Positions 48,320-58,508 of a DNA stretch of 64,000 bases are shown piece by piece. Numbering within the stretch: the stretch's first letter is position 1; every line of letters begins with the position of its first letter. Source of the DNA: an uncultured Planctomycetales bacterium (GTDB lineage: Bacteria; Omnitrophota; Gorgyraeia; Zapsychrales; Fredricksoniimonadaceae). The translations under genes were made by a program, and so were the position numbers. The stretch is taken from positions 211,089-275,088 of the forward strand of contig CAZNDZ010000002.1 of NCBI GenBank assembly GCA_964572155.1, in the 5' to 3' direction. The notes under the pieces were generated by a model that saw only the letters and a program-made list of their open reading frames with translations, did not search any database and had not been told where the DNA came from.

Positions 48320-48589
48320 TCATTCACCATAATGCGTACGAGCCCGCTTTATATATACAATGTTTTCTTCTACATTTATTGAGTAAATAATTCTATCTTT
48401 ATAAGATAGACGGTAGGAATAATTTCCCGCCAACTCTCCCATCAGCTTCTTACCTTCATAGGGATTCTTGGCAATAATTTCTTCTAATATATCTCGAAGT
48501 TTATTTCTTAATCTTGGAGCGAGCTTGTCGATATCCTTCTTGGCTAATGATGTAAAACGAATTTCAAAATCTTTTCGTTTAATCACCAA
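48320..48589 (-). CDS. RelE/ParE-family toxin
   Basis: 89 aa (LMGELAGNYSYRLSYKDRIIYSINVEENIVYIKRARTHYG). Overlaps the upstream Phd-like gene. Confidence 0.75.
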   Translation of the reverse strand: MVIKRKDFEIRFTSLAKKDIDKLAPRLRNKLRDILEEIIAKNPYEGKKLMGELAGNYSYRLSYKDRIIYSINVEENIVYIKRARTHYGE

Positions 48590-48833
48590 AAACCTCTTTC
48601 ATCGATAAGGTTTTTCCAGACTTGATCTCTTTATCAGCGGCTTTAATACTTTTTGCCAATCCTGGGGTTGAAAGGATTTCTAACGTCTCAAGCAAATTCT
48701 CATAATCATCCTTTGAAAGCAAAACCACATTACCTTCTTTGGAAGTTATCTCATAAACCCTGTGAGATTTATTGAGATCTTTAATCATCTTAAACCACTT
48801 TGTACGAGCACTTGTTGCGGAAACTGTTGTCAT
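48579..48833 (-). CDS. Phd/YefM-family antitoxin
   Basis: 84 aa (EGNVVLLSKDDYENLLETLEILSTPGLAKSIKAADKEI). Confidence 0.75.
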   Translation of the reverse strand: MTTVSATSARTKWFKMIKDLNKSHRVYEITSKEGNVVLLSKDDYENLLETLEILSTPGLAKSIKAADKEIKSGKTLSMKEVFGD

Positions 48834-48842
48834 ATGATTCTC

Positions 48843-48862
48843 CTATGTACGTTATTATGTAC
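48843..48862. promoter_or_regulatory. palindromic operator candidate upstream of phd-parE (ATGTAC-n8-GTACAT)
   Basis: 6-bp inverted repeat 10 bp upstream of the phd start codon. Confidence 0.4.
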
Positions 48863-48878
48863 ATAATATAACACGCTA

Positions 48879-49718
48879 TTAAGACTTACGCAAGACTAAA
48901 GTCGGATCAATCAACAATGGATAGCTTGTTGCTGGCTCGTCGATGATGACAGTTAGGGTTTTTTGGTCGAGGATTTTGTATTTGCCTTGTTTTTTGATGC
49001 CGTCGTTGGTCCAATAGGTCACTGGCTCTAGGACGGCGGTTAGCATTTTGTCCATGATTTTATAATCTGGTAGAGCTTTTTTGACGGTGGTCATGACTTG
49101 ATCGCGTTTTTTTCGATCATTCTTATCAATGCCATTGATCACCATCTCTTGATACAAACTCACACTCCCGTCTTTGGCGCTCTCTAGCACAACATTACGG
49201 CCCATGGATTTGTATTGCCATTCATAGCGACTGCCATATTTGCTATTTGGTTTGCGGGCATAGATCCATTCTTTAAGCTCGATGGTGTCCTTGTCCTTCG
49301 CATGCTGCCGATACGCAATCACATCCACATCATTATCATAAATCAACCACTGCAATGCACCTTCTGTGTAAACAACACTTTTAAAGGGCATCTTGGCATT
49401 TTTCAATAAACCGGTAAACATATAGCTTGTTGTATCGTAATTGATAAAGACTTTCTTATCGACCGTCGGGGTTTTGCGGTAGAAATTGGTGCTGATGCTT
49501 AAATCTTTACCATTAAGCGGAATTTTAATCTGGCAAGAAAAAACATCTTTCGAATAATTAACCTTAACCTCTGTATTACTTAAACCAACCGTCTCATCCC
49601 CTTGCGCTTTTACCATGATAGCTTTAATGGCGGGCATTAATGCTGGAGGAATATCTTCCGCCTGAGAAGATACTGGCAATAATAAACATATCAATAGTAA
49701 GGCTCTAAACATTAGCAA
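48879..49718 (-). CDS. secreted protein paralogous to the N-terminal domain of the 1134-aa beta-propeller repeat protein
   Basis: Signal peptide. Clear similarity to residues about 100-200 of the 50826-54230 product (YWT.DG..K.....L......VIIDEPATSYPLLIDP vs YWTKQG.QKEV....SVLVLEIQEPKESYPLTIDP). Confidence 0.6.
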   Translation of the reverse strand: MLMFRALLLICLLLPVSSQAEDIPPALMPAIKAIMVKAQGDETVGLSNTEVKVNYSKDVFSCQIKIPLNGKDLSISTNFYRKTPTVDKKVFINYDTTSYMFTGLLKNAKMPFKSVVYTEGALQWLIYDNDVDVIAYRQHAKDKDTIELKEWIYARKPNSKYGSRYEWQYKSMGRNVVLESAKDGSVSLYQEMVINGIDKNDRKKRDQVMTTVKKALPDYKIMDKMLTAVLEPVTYWTNDGIKKQGKYKILDQKTLTVIIDEPATSYPLLIDPTLVLRKS

Positions 49719-49723
49719 GAATG

Positions 49724-50104
49724 CTATACGAATTTCTTAGTTAACTTCTCAATAAGCGAGGCATATTCAGGTATTCTCATAAAAATCATCTGGGCGACGA
49801 CTTCTTTGTACGTATGGACAGTGTCATTGCGACGATCTGTCATTTCTAAAAAACCTGCAACTTCATCTTCAGATAAAAAACCTAATGGCAACAACTCTCT
49901 AAAAACTGCCTTGGGAGAATTAGCAACAATACCTTCTTTTTCATTCAAATACGCTTGTGTATATTTCCATAATGCTTCAAATGTATATTTAAACCGCTGT
50001 ATTGCAGCATCTCTAATAATAACTGAATAAGGTTCTTTCAAAATATCCTGTAATGTCTTTAACGCTTTTAGAACATCTTGATACTTTAATTCTAATTTTT
50101 CCAT
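49724..50104 (-). CDS. HEPN-domain protein (HI0074-type nucleotidyltransferase substrate-binding subunit)
   Basis: 126 aa. HI0074-like helical protein with an Rx4HxY-like region (RRNDTVHTY). Confidence 0.7.
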   Translation of the reverse strand: MEKLELKYQDVLKALKTLQDILKEPYSVIIRDAAIQRFKYTFEALWKYTQAYLNEKEGIVANSPKAVFRELLPLGFLSEDEVAGFLEMTDRRNDTVHTYKEVVAQMIFMRIPEYASLIEKLTKKFV

Positions 50105-50385
50105 ACAATTGCATCCTTCAACACCTGTTGTTTAAAATCTTCAGAAACTTCAGATAAATTCACAAGATCGACCTTATAAGGAATACAAGAATCTTCAATC
50201 TTTTCTCTTAATAATGAAATGCGCGATATTGTTTGGCCAACCTTAGGAACCAAAGCCACGTCCACATCTGAGCCAAAATTAGAATCACCTCGAGCACGGG
50301 AACCAAACAAAAGAACCCCGACAGGCTCTTGCCCCAATTCTGTTAATATCAATTGCTTAACTTGATCTAAATATCTATTTTGCAT
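50092..50385 (-). CDS. minimal nucleotidyltransferase (MNT, Pol-beta superfamily) paired with HEPN
   Basis: GS...[DE]hD motif (LFGSRARGDSNFGSDVDVALV). 97 aa. Overlaps the HEPN gene. Confidence 0.75.
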   Translation of the reverse strand: MQNRYLDQVKQLILTELGQEPVGVLLFGSRARGDSNFGSDVDVALVPKVGQTISRISLLREKIEDSCIPYKVDLVNLSEVSEDFKQQVLKDAIVWKN

Positions 50386-50488
50386 AGTTAAAGTATAAAC
50401 CTAAAATTGACGTTTTCCAATATATTCTACCAAAACCAACATCCCCTACTTACCCTAGAAAACCATTGTGTCACGGTTTTTATCGCAT

Positions 50489-50764
50489 CTAAATTATAAT
50501 ACTGGTTTTATACGTCTTTTTATCAGAGGCAGTATGTTCCAAAATGGAACATACTGATTTTTCACTTAACTCCTTATCTTTGAATATATTAAGTAAATGT
50601 TTTGTAATTGCAGGACGTTTGGTTCCAAATAGAATGGCAAGTTGGGCTTGACTTAGCCAAACAGTCTCATTGTTCAACTGAACTTCGACAGTTATTTTGG
50701 AACCCTTAGGACGAAACACAACAATTTCTTGCTTATTTACTTGATTCACATTCTTCATCATCAA
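50489..50764 (-). pseudogene. RhuM-family (virulence protein RhuM) N-terminal fragment
   Basis: 91 aa matching the RhuM N-terminus (VQLNNETVWLSQAQLAILFGTKRPAITKHLLNIFKDKELSEKSV), then terminating. Full-length homologs are about 340 aa. Confidence 0.5.
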
Positions 50765-50825
50765 ACCCTCATGTTTTTGTCATTTTAAACCCAATGTGTC
50801 CCATTTTTTATATTGCCAATATATT

Positions 50826-53800
50826 CTAATCCAACCAGAATAACGCATTCATAACCGCCGCCGTCGCATCATCCGCAATCTCAACAATAAACGCACTATT
50901 CTGCCCGTCGTATTTTGTTCCCGAAAAAACCCCTTCCATATCTTCTGTATTTGGTACATAACCGCCAGCATACACCTCATTAGCACTAACAGCTAATGCA
51001 ACAATATCATCCGCACCAATGCTACCAAGCCAAGTAATCCAATTCATAGATGGGGGACTCCCGTCACTAATCTCAACGGTAAATCCTTCCATAATTGCTA
51101 CATTAGTAAATGTTCCTAGCTTAGAATTAACTGTTGCCCAAGAACCAGACGCATACGTATAACCGCTAGCATAAATTTCATCACCACTTATAGCTAACGA
51201 TTTAATCCGATTGTTTCCACTTCCCCCAATCCACATGCGCCATGCTAAAGTTGGCGGACTGCCATCAGCAATTTCCACAACAAACCCCTTATCCGTTGTA
51301 TTTGTAACTGTGCCAAATGATATTACAGCTGTTTCAAATGTTGCAGAATTATCCGCATATCCACCTGCATAAATCTCATCACCATTGACCGCTAAAGCGT
51401 ATAGACTATCCACAGAATCTCCACCAAACCAATGTCGCCATTCGAATGTAGGCGGCCCTCCATCTGCAATTTCCACCACAAAACCTTCGTAAAGAGCATC
51501 TGTCATTGTGCCCAATGTTGATGCAAAAGTTTCCCACGAAACAGACGTATCGCTCGCTCCACCAGCATATATTTCATCACCTACAACAGCTAATGAGTAA
51601 ATAAAATCATGATTTGACCCTCCAATAAATGCAAGCCATTCAAATGTTGGCGGCCCACCATCGGCAATTTCAACCAAAAAACCTTCTTCTTGATTATTTG
51701 AAAATGTCCCTACAATAGATCCAAAAGTATCCCAACCAGCAGAAGTACCACTATATCCTCCAGCATAAATTTCATCACCATTTAGTGCCAAAGCATAAAC
51801 TATCTCTCCTAAATTCCCTCCCAACCAAGCACGCCATGCTAAAGTTGGCGGACTTCCATCAGCAATTTCAACAACAAATCCATCACTTGCACCTGTAAAT
51901 GTACCTACCTCAGAACCTACCGTATCCCAGGAACCTGATGAATTGCTATATCCACCCACGTAAACCTCATCTCCATTTATAGCCAAAGCCTGAACAACAG
52001 ATCCGCCATCTCCACCTAACCATACTCTCCAATTAAGATTGGGTGTAGCCCCATCAGTAATTTCAATCACAAATCCTTCTTGCACATAATTAGGCGTCCC
52101 TACATCTGGCACTGTACCTAAAGTTTGTGCATACGATTGTCCCCCCGCATAAATCTCATCTCCATTTACAGCTAAGGCATTAACCTGAGATGACCCACTA
52201 CCTATTAACCATTGCAACCAGAAATACGTTGGTGGCGACCCATCGTTTAACTCAGCCAACAATGCGGCATTGTTTCCACCCGCAAGCATACTCCCAGATA
52301 CAACCGTAAACGTTTCCAAACTAGCACTTGTTATAACATAAGTCCCAGCATAAATCGCCTCACCATTAACCGCTAACCCATAAACCAGATTCGTCTGAGC
52401 ATTACCCAACCACATCTGAAATGCCAAACTCGGCGGAGAACCATCCGCAATCTCAACAACAAACCCTTGATTCACCCCCGGATTATTCAACGTCCCCACC
52501 CTAGACCCCGCCGTATCCCAAGATGCCGAAGAATTCGCATAACCACCTGCATAAATCTCATCCCCATTGATAGCTAACGCAAGAACAACATCCGCCCCAA
52601 CACCTCCCAACCACATCCGCCATTCCAAACTTGGAGGCCCCCCATCAGCAATTTCAACAACAAAACCCTCTCCATTGGCTAAAGTATTTGTCAAAGTACC
52701 AATGGTAGAAACAGCAGTGTCCCACGAATCGGAAGATTGTGTATATCCACCCGCATAAATTTCATCACCATTGATGGATAAAGCTCTAACAGAATCAATA
52801 CCACTACCCCCAACATACATCCCCCAAGGCAACGAAGGAGGACCTCCATCCTGTATCTCAACTACAAAACCTTCATTAACAGTTGCCACATTTGTACCAA
52901 CCAATGATCCAAATGTTTCTATAGAATCATATGACCCCCAGACGCCCCCCGCATAAATTTCATCCCCATTTACTGCAAGAGCATAAACAATATCTTGACC
53001 AGATCCACCCAACCATATACGCCACTCTAATGTCGGGGGACCACCATCTGTTATCTCAGCCACGTATCCTTCTGAGTTTCCTGAAAAAGCCGTAAAAGTT
53101 CCAATCGTAGATACTGCCGTATCCCACAGAGCAGATGAATATGAAATACCCCCAGCATAAATCTCATCACCATTAACTGATAACGCAAGAACTTGATCGA
53201 GCCCAACTCCACCCAACCACATCAACCATTCAAGTGTTGGCGGACTCCCATCCGCAATCTCAACGACAAAGCCTTCATTGCCACCAGACAGGGTATTTGT
53301 TACGGTACCAACAGTAGATCCTGCTGTTGCCCATAAATCAGAAGAATCAGTATACCCCCCCGCATAAATCTCATCCCCATTAACCGTCAAAGAATTAAGC
53401 GTTGCCCCAGCAACACCACCAACATACATCATCCAATTAACCACCGGCGGATTAGCACTAGTGACTTCTGATACAAAAACAGCTGTCCCTCCATTATATG
53501 TCCCCACCATTGTTACCGCTTGATTCACCTTACCATTTGTTCCCCCACCCACATAAATTTCTCCACTACTTGGTTCAACACCCACAGCGGCAACCGTTGT
53601 TGCCAAAGCCTGACCTTCCCCCAACCACTGCCCATACGCAATCGACGGATCAATCGTCAACGGGTAAGATTCTTTAGGTTCTTGAATTTCCAACACCAAC
53701 ACCGATGATCCTTCAATATAAGCCTTTACTTCTTTTTGCTGTCCTTGTTTTGTCCAATAAACAAAAGGTTGAATTTGTGCAATCGTTCCATTGCGTAACA

Positions 53801-54230
53801 TTTCAAGGGTGACATTTGAATCAGAACTAAATCGCCATTTATAAATACTGCCTGTATTAGCATTTGGTTTATTTGTTTTGATTAATTCTTTGGTTAGGAT
53901 TTTCTTGTCTTGAATATGCTGTGTAAAAACATACACGTCGATGGGATTATCTAAAACAAATTTAAAACTAACCGATTCTTTTGAACCGGTCATCTGCACA
54001 TCTTGAATTAATTCATGAGGTGTTTGTGTGATCGTCGTTGTGACATTCAAACCGTTTATTGTGTCGGAAAAAATTAGTGGTCTTGTGGGTGTTATACGCT
54101 GACCATCAAGGACAGGCATCGTCTCTGATGAGATGTTTAATGATGATTTAACGATTGGCGCATGTGTTAATGGCCATGGGGGTAAAATTAGGGCTAGAGC
54201 TAGCCCAAAGTGAGTTAAAGACTTAAACAT
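50826..54230 (-). CDS. giant secreted beta-propeller repeat protein (SBBP-like repeats, about 14 copies)
   Basis: 1134 aa with a signal peptide. Roughly 50-55-aa repeats carry the consensus W.MWLGG.G.D.V.ALA(V/I)NGDEIYAGGY...DT..STVGT...EGFVVEIADGSPP. Confidence 0.75.
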   Translation of the reverse strand: MFKSLTHFGLALALILPPWPLTHAPIVKSSLNISSETMPVLDGQRITPTRPLIFSDTINGLNVTTTITQTPHELIQDVQMTGSKESVSFKFVLDNPIDVYVFTQHIQDKKILTKELIKTNKPNANTGSIYKWRFSSDSNVTLEMLRNGTIAQIQPFVYWTKQGQQKEVKAYIEGSSVLVLEIQEPKESYPLTIDPSIAYGQWLGEGQALATTVAAVGVEPSSGEIYVGGGTNGKVNQAVTMVGTYNGGTAVFVSEVTSANPPVVNWMMYVGGVAGATLNSLTVNGDEIYAGGYTDSSDLWATAGSTVGTVTNTLSGGNEGFVVEIADGSPPTLEWLMWLGGVGLDQVLALSVNGDEIYAGGISYSSALWDTAVSTIGTFTAFSGNSEGYVAEITDGGPPTLEWRIWLGGSGQDIVYALAVNGDEIYAGGVWGSYDSIETFGSLVGTNVATVNEGFVVEIQDGGPPSLPWGMYVGGSGIDSVRALSINGDEIYAGGYTQSSDSWDTAVSTIGTLTNTLANGEGFVVEIADGGPPSLEWRMWLGGVGADVVLALAINGDEIYAGGYANSSASWDTAGSRVGTLNNPGVNQGFVVEIADGSPPSLAFQMWLGNAQTNLVYGLAVNGEAIYAGTYVITSASLETFTVVSGSMLAGGNNAALLAELNDGSPPTYFWLQWLIGSGSSQVNALAVNGDEIYAGGQSYAQTLGTVPDVGTPNYVQEGFVIEITDGATPNLNWRVWLGGDGGSVVQALAINGDEVYVGGYSNSSGSWDTVGSEVGTFTGASDGFVVEIADGSPPTLAWRAWLGGNLGEIVYALALNGDEIYAGGYSGTSAGWDTFGSIVGTFSNNQEEGFLVEIADGGPPTFEWLAFIGGSNHDFIYSLAVVGDEIYAGGASDTSVSWETFASTLGTMTDALYEGFVVEIADGGPPTFEWRHWFGGDSVDSLYALAVNGDEIYAGGYADNSATFETAVISFGTVTNTTDKGFVVEIADGSPPTLAWRMWIGGSGNNRIKSLAISGDEIYASGYTYASGSWATVNSKLGTFTNVAIMEGFTVEISDGSPPSMNWITWLGSIGADDIVALAVSANEVYAGGYVPNTEDMEGVFSGTKYDGQNSAFIVEIADDATAAVMNALFWLD

Positions 54231-54280
54231 ATAATCTAGATTATAGAGGGTCTAGATTATGTGTTCATTAGAAATGTGTT

Positions 54281-56224
54281 TTATTTTGATGAAACATTCT
54301 TCTTTAAACGCTGTTCCCAAACCTTGGCGTCCTCTGGCTTTAAACCTGGGAGTGGATATTTTTCTGGGTCGGCGATCCATTTGAGTTGGGCTTGGCTAAA
54401 GGAGTCTCTGGCTTTATCTTTATCGCCCTTCTTTGCGTAAAGAACACCGAGGTTATACCATGCTTGTGCATTTTCGGGTTCGGCTTTGGAGGCGGATAAA
54501 AATAATCCAAGCGCAGTATCTATGTCGCCTTTTTCATAATAAATGCGGCCGGCTTGTAAAAATGGTTCAGCTTGTTTAGAAAAACTTTTGGTGAGCATTT
54601 CGAATTCTTTTAACGCTTCCTCTTTATTGCTCATCTTATAATTTAATAAACCACGATTTAATCGCGCCTCATAATTTTCTTTATCAATGACGAGCGCGGC
54701 ATTGTAATCACCCATCGCTTCGTTTTGATGTCCGAGTTTGATCAGCGTCGCACCACGATTGTTAAAATATTCGGCTTGGCCCATGTCATAATAGATGGCC
54801 AAATTAAAATATTTCAGCGCCTCTTCATATTTCTTCTGCTTTGCTTGCAAGATGCCCATGTTGTAATAGGCTTTTGCATAATGCTGGGCGCGTCCGGCGG
54901 AGATTAGGATTTTTCCGTCATCTTGATAAATACGGCCTTTTTTCGCCACCTCTAATGCCTTCTCAAAATCTGCGAGCGCTTCATCATTCTTGCCTTCACC
55001 TAAATAAATCATCCCGCGGTTGTTATACCCAAAAGCAATTTCTGGTGAACGATTGATCACATTGTTCCATAACGTTAAACCATTTTTCCACATGCCCAAG
55101 TTATAGAAACATAAACCAGCCAGAATGACAACGGCCGCAAAACTTGCATTCATAAAGAGCTTACGTTTTGACGCATTTAATTTTGCATATTGAAACTCCC
55201 ACAAACGACCAACCGCCAAACATGCGGCTAATGCGGGTAAATATAAGAAGCGGTCAGCAACGAAAGAAATATCGCGCGCATCCAAACGCCAGACGAAGAA
55301 AATGGATAGTACAAAATATATAAATGCAAAAATGACCCAACGATTCTTACGGTAAAACCAAAGGCCCACACCTGTCGCCACTAAAATCAACCATGAAACA
55401 ATGTACGCCGCGTTGGTGATCGCAACCGGTTCTGGCATGCTATAAATTGGTGACAAATTAAAGGGCCAGAAGAAACGTTTGATATAAAACGACGCGCTCC
55501 ATAACCACGTCATGATCCCCGTCATGAAATCAAAATTAATCTCGCGTGAATTCTGAGAATAGGTGATCCAAGCAATGGGTTCAATGACTAAAAAGAACGG
55601 AATTTTATCAACAATAGAGGCGATCGAAATCTTGCGCCCGCGCATCCAATCAACCACCCACAAAATCCAAGGTAAAGACAATGCCATGGGTTTGGCTAAA
55701 ATACTTAAGAAACCTGCTACCAATGCCAGAACAAAAAATTGCACCTTGTTTTTACCTTCTAAATACCCCAAATAAAAATAAATTGAGATTAAATAAAACA
55801 AACTATACATCAAATCTTTTTGAGCCGTTGCCCACGCTACGTTCTCAACGCGTGCGGGATGCAAGGCAAAGAGCAAGGCCGCGGCCATTGCCCCCATCGA
55901 CGTCAAACCAAAACGCATCGCCACTAAAAACACCATCCACACAACTAAGATATGCGTAAGTAAGCTGGACAAATGGAACACCATGGCATTCTTGGCAAAT
56001 AACTTGTAGAGAATGGCAAAATTAAAAACTGTGAGCGGAATATAGGTATGATTGGCCGTGTCTTTTTCAAAGAACATATGCAATGGATCAGACCATGTAA
56101 ACTCCGTCACAAATTTATTATTGGTAATATGCGCAGGATCATCCCAATTAAGCAAATCAGAGGCCACCACACGACTAAAAGCAATTGCCGTGATAAATGC
56201 TAGAATTAAAAGATACTTTTTCAT
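54281..56224 (-). CDS. membrane glycosyltransferase-like N-domain (PMT/ArnT-like, about 11 TM) fused to TPR repeats
   Basis: The N-terminal 400 aa are polytopic. The C-terminal 250 aa carry multiple TPR motifs (AYYNMGILQAKQKKYEEALKYFNLAI...). Confidence 0.6.
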   Translation of the reverse strand: MKKYLLILAFITAIAFSRVVASDLLNWDDPAHITNNKFVTEFTWSDPLHMFFEKDTANHTYIPLTVFNFAILYKLFAKNAMVFHLSSLLTHILVVWMVFLVAMRFGLTSMGAMAAALLFALHPARVENVAWATAQKDLMYSLFYLISIYFYLGYLEGKNKVQFFVLALVAGFLSILAKPMALSLPWILWVVDWMRGRKISIASIVDKIPFFLVIEPIAWITYSQNSREINFDFMTGIMTWLWSASFYIKRFFWPFNLSPIYSMPEPVAITNAAYIVSWLILVATGVGLWFYRKNRWVIFAFIYFVLSIFFVWRLDARDISFVADRFLYLPALAACLAVGRLWEFQYAKLNASKRKLFMNASFAAVVILAGLCFYNLGMWKNGLTLWNNVINRSPEIAFGYNNRGMIYLGEGKNDEALADFEKALEVAKKGRIYQDDGKILISAGRAQHYAKAYYNMGILQAKQKKYEEALKYFNLAIYYDMGQAEYFNNRGATLIKLGHQNEAMGDYNAALVIDKENYEARLNRGLLNYKMSNKEEALKEFEMLTKSFSKQAEPFLQAGRIYYEKGDIDTALGLFLSASKAEPENAQAWYNLGVLYAKKGDKDKARDSFSQAQLKWIADPEKYPLPGLKPEDAKVWEQRLKKNVSSK

Positions 56225-56235
56225 AACAACCTTTC

Positions 56236-56646
56236 TTATTTCGTCGCCTGCATTAATTCATTAATGAAATCTAAATTAACCATCGCTCCTAAAGATTCAG
56301 CTTTGCGGACATCGGCCCAAGCATTTTCATAATCTTTGAGTTCATAATAGGTCAAGGCACGACGGTTGTATGCCTTCGCATAGGATGGATCTACAGCAAT
56401 GGCTCTTGTAAAATCTTGCAACGCTTCTTCTAAATTACCTTGTGTGATATAAGCTTGGCCGCGATTATTGTAGGCTTTGGCATTATCAGGGTTAAGTTCT
56501 ATGGCCTTATTGAAATTAAGAATGGCTTGCTCTGTTTCGCCTTTCTTGGCAAGCTTTATGCCAAGATTATTATATTCTGCAGATGTTTCGGCATGGGCTA
56601 TTGAAAGACTTAAAATAACGAACAATGCACTTAAAAAAATTTTCAT
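56236..56646 (-). CDS. TPR-repeat secreted protein
   Basis: Start taken at MKIFLSALFVILSLSIAHA. Three TPR motifs (AEYNNLG..., AKAYNNRGQAY..., AKAYNRRALTY...). Confidence 0.65.
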   Translation of the reverse strand: MKIFLSALFVILSLSIAHAETSAEYNNLGIKLAKKGETEQAILNFNKAIELNPDNAKAYNNRGQAYITQGNLEEALQDFTRAIAVDPSYAKAYNRRALTYYELKDYENAWADVRKAESLGAMVNLDFINELMQATK

Positions 56647-56650
56647 AGCA

Positions 56651-58447
56651 CTATTTTGTTTGATGAAATTGAGTTTCATACAGACGGCGATATAACGGGC
56701 ATGTAAACAACAATTCATCATGCGGACCACAGCCAACAATCTTACCCGCTTCTATCACCACAATCTTATTGGCTTTCATGATGGTCGATAATCGATGGGC
56801 AATGGCGATTACTGTGCGGCCTTGCATCAATTCATCCAAAGCTTGCTGCACATATTTTTCTGATTCAGAATCAAGCGCAGATGTAGCTTCATCTAAAATT
56901 AAAATTGGTGGATTCTTTAAGATGGCACGCGCAATGGTCAAACGCTGCTTCTCACCGCCGGATAAACGAAAACCACGATCCCCCACCATGGTGTCGTAAC
57001 CCTTTGGCATCTTTTCAACAAAATGATTCGCAAAGGCATGTTGCGCGGCTGCCTTGATCTGATCATCCGTTGCTTCAAATGTGCCATAGGCAATATTATT
57101 GCGCACGGTGTCATTGAACAACACGGCTTCTTGCGTCACAATGCCGATCTGGCCACGCAAGGATTTAAACGAAAGATCTTTGACATTTACCCCATCAAAA
57201 ATCACATTGCCGTTGGTTGCATCGTAAAAACGCGGAATCAAATTGACCAAGGTTGACTTACCACTGCCCGTCGGTCCCACAATGGCAACCAGCTCACCTT
57301 TTTTAATTTCCAAATTAATATCAGATAACACCGTCTCATTTTTGTCATAACTAAACGTGACGTGATCAAACACAACTTTTTGCTTTAACGGTTCTGCATC
57401 TTTGGCTTTTTCTTTTTCAACAACAGACGGCTTTGCATCTAACACTTCATAAATGCGTTCATTTGCACCTAAAGCTTGTTGGATAATCGCCTGCACGTTA
57501 GCCATGCGCTTGATGGGGCGAATGACTTGTAGAATAGATGCCATAAATACACCAAAAACACCAAAGGACAACCCACCATCTAAAACTTGTTTACCTAAAA
57601 CCAAAATAATAGCAATCCCACATATAGCCCCCACCATTTCGGTTAATGGACCAACAAGCATCATGCTCTTGATTGATTTCATCCGTACTTTATAATACCC
57701 CTGATTTTGTTGTCGGAAACGTTCAATCTCATACTTTTCCGTCGTGAACGCTTTAAGGATGCGCACGCCAGATATTGTTTCTAATAACAATGAATTAATA
57801 TCAGCCATTTTTTCTTGAGTATTCTTTGAAAGCTTGCGCAACCGTTTTGAAATTAGCGCCATGGGCCAGCCGATGAGCGGGAACATGATAAATAAAATGA
57901 GCGTACCTTTGAAATTAACGGTGAAGGCAAATGAGATAAAAACTAAAATTAAGAATGGCTGTTTAAATAAATCAGTGACGGCATAGGAAACAGCATTTTC
58001 AATCACGGCCACATCATTGGTGATGCGCGAGATTAACTCACCCGTGCGTTTCTTAGAAAAATAGTCTAATGATAATGTTTGAATGCGATCAAACAAACGA
58101 TAGCGCACATCACGCATGACACTTTGAGCAATGTCATTCATTAAATAATCACTGCAAAACAAAATAATTTGCTTAACAAAGAACATCGCTAAAAATGACA
58201 ATGGAATAACCCAAAACAATGTATGAACATCGGTATTGTTTAATTTATCAACGATGTTAGATATGAACTCAGGTACCTGATTAGGTAAAATGATTTTCTT
58301 GTTAGTGAAAATGCGGTCAATGACCGGCAGCATGAATGATAACTGCACACCTTCGAACAGGGATGATAGGAGGATAAAAAATATGGCTAAACCAAAACGT
58401 TTCTTGTGTCCGCCAACCAACGAAAGCAATTTAAAATAATTCTTCAT
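56651..58447 (-). CDS. msbA: ABC transporter permease/ATPase fusion, MsbA-like lipid exporter
   Basis: 6-TM domain plus NBD (GPTGSGKST; LSGGEKQRLTIARA; ILILDEATSALD). Start taken at MKNYFKLL. Next to lpxB. Confidence 0.75.
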   Translation of the reverse strand: MKNYFKLLSLVGGHKKRFGLAIFFILLSSLFEGVQLSFMLPVIDRIFTNKKIILPNQVPEFISNIVDKLNNTDVHTLFWVIPLSFLAMFFVKQIILFCSDYLMNDIAQSVMRDVRYRLFDRIQTLSLDYFSKKRTGELISRITNDVAVIENAVSYAVTDLFKQPFLILVFISFAFTVNFKGTLILFIMFPLIGWPMALISKRLRKLSKNTQEKMADINSLLLETISGVRILKAFTTEKYEIERFRQQNQGYYKVRMKSIKSMMLVGPLTEMVGAICGIAIILVLGKQVLDGGLSFGVFGVFMASILQVIRPIKRMANVQAIIQQALGANERIYEVLDAKPSVVEKEKAKDAEPLKQKVVFDHVTFSYDKNETVLSDINLEIKKGELVAIVGPTGSGKSTLVNLIPRFYDATNGNVIFDGVNVKDLSFKSLRGQIGIVTQEAVLFNDTVRNNIAYGTFEATDDQIKAAAQHAFANHFVEKMPKGYDTMVGDRGFRLSGGEKQRLTIARAILKNPPILILDEATSALDSESEKYVQQALDELMQGRTVIAIAHRLSTIMKANKIVVIEAGKIVGCGPHDELLFTCPLYRRLYETQFHQTK

Positions 58448-58508
58448 AGGAAGTTCAATTTTAGTATGGGGTTTGACTTTTGTCGAGGGCTTTGTTAGTA
58501 TCCTTTTC

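Noticed and set aside
48197-48320. Inverted repeat TCGTTTA-GGGGGA-TAAACGA between parE and the first T4SS-cluster gene as a terminator
   Set aside because: No U-tract follows on the minus-strand transcript. It may be an operator or promoter element, but the evidence is too thin to call.
50826-54230. Possible CRISPR array suggested by regularly spaced nucleotide repeats
   Set aside because: The repeats are about 150-165 bp and contiguous with no unique spacers, they lie in a continuous 1134-aa ORF with a protein-level SBBP-like repeat, and no cas genes are present. Coding tandem repeats, not CRISPR.
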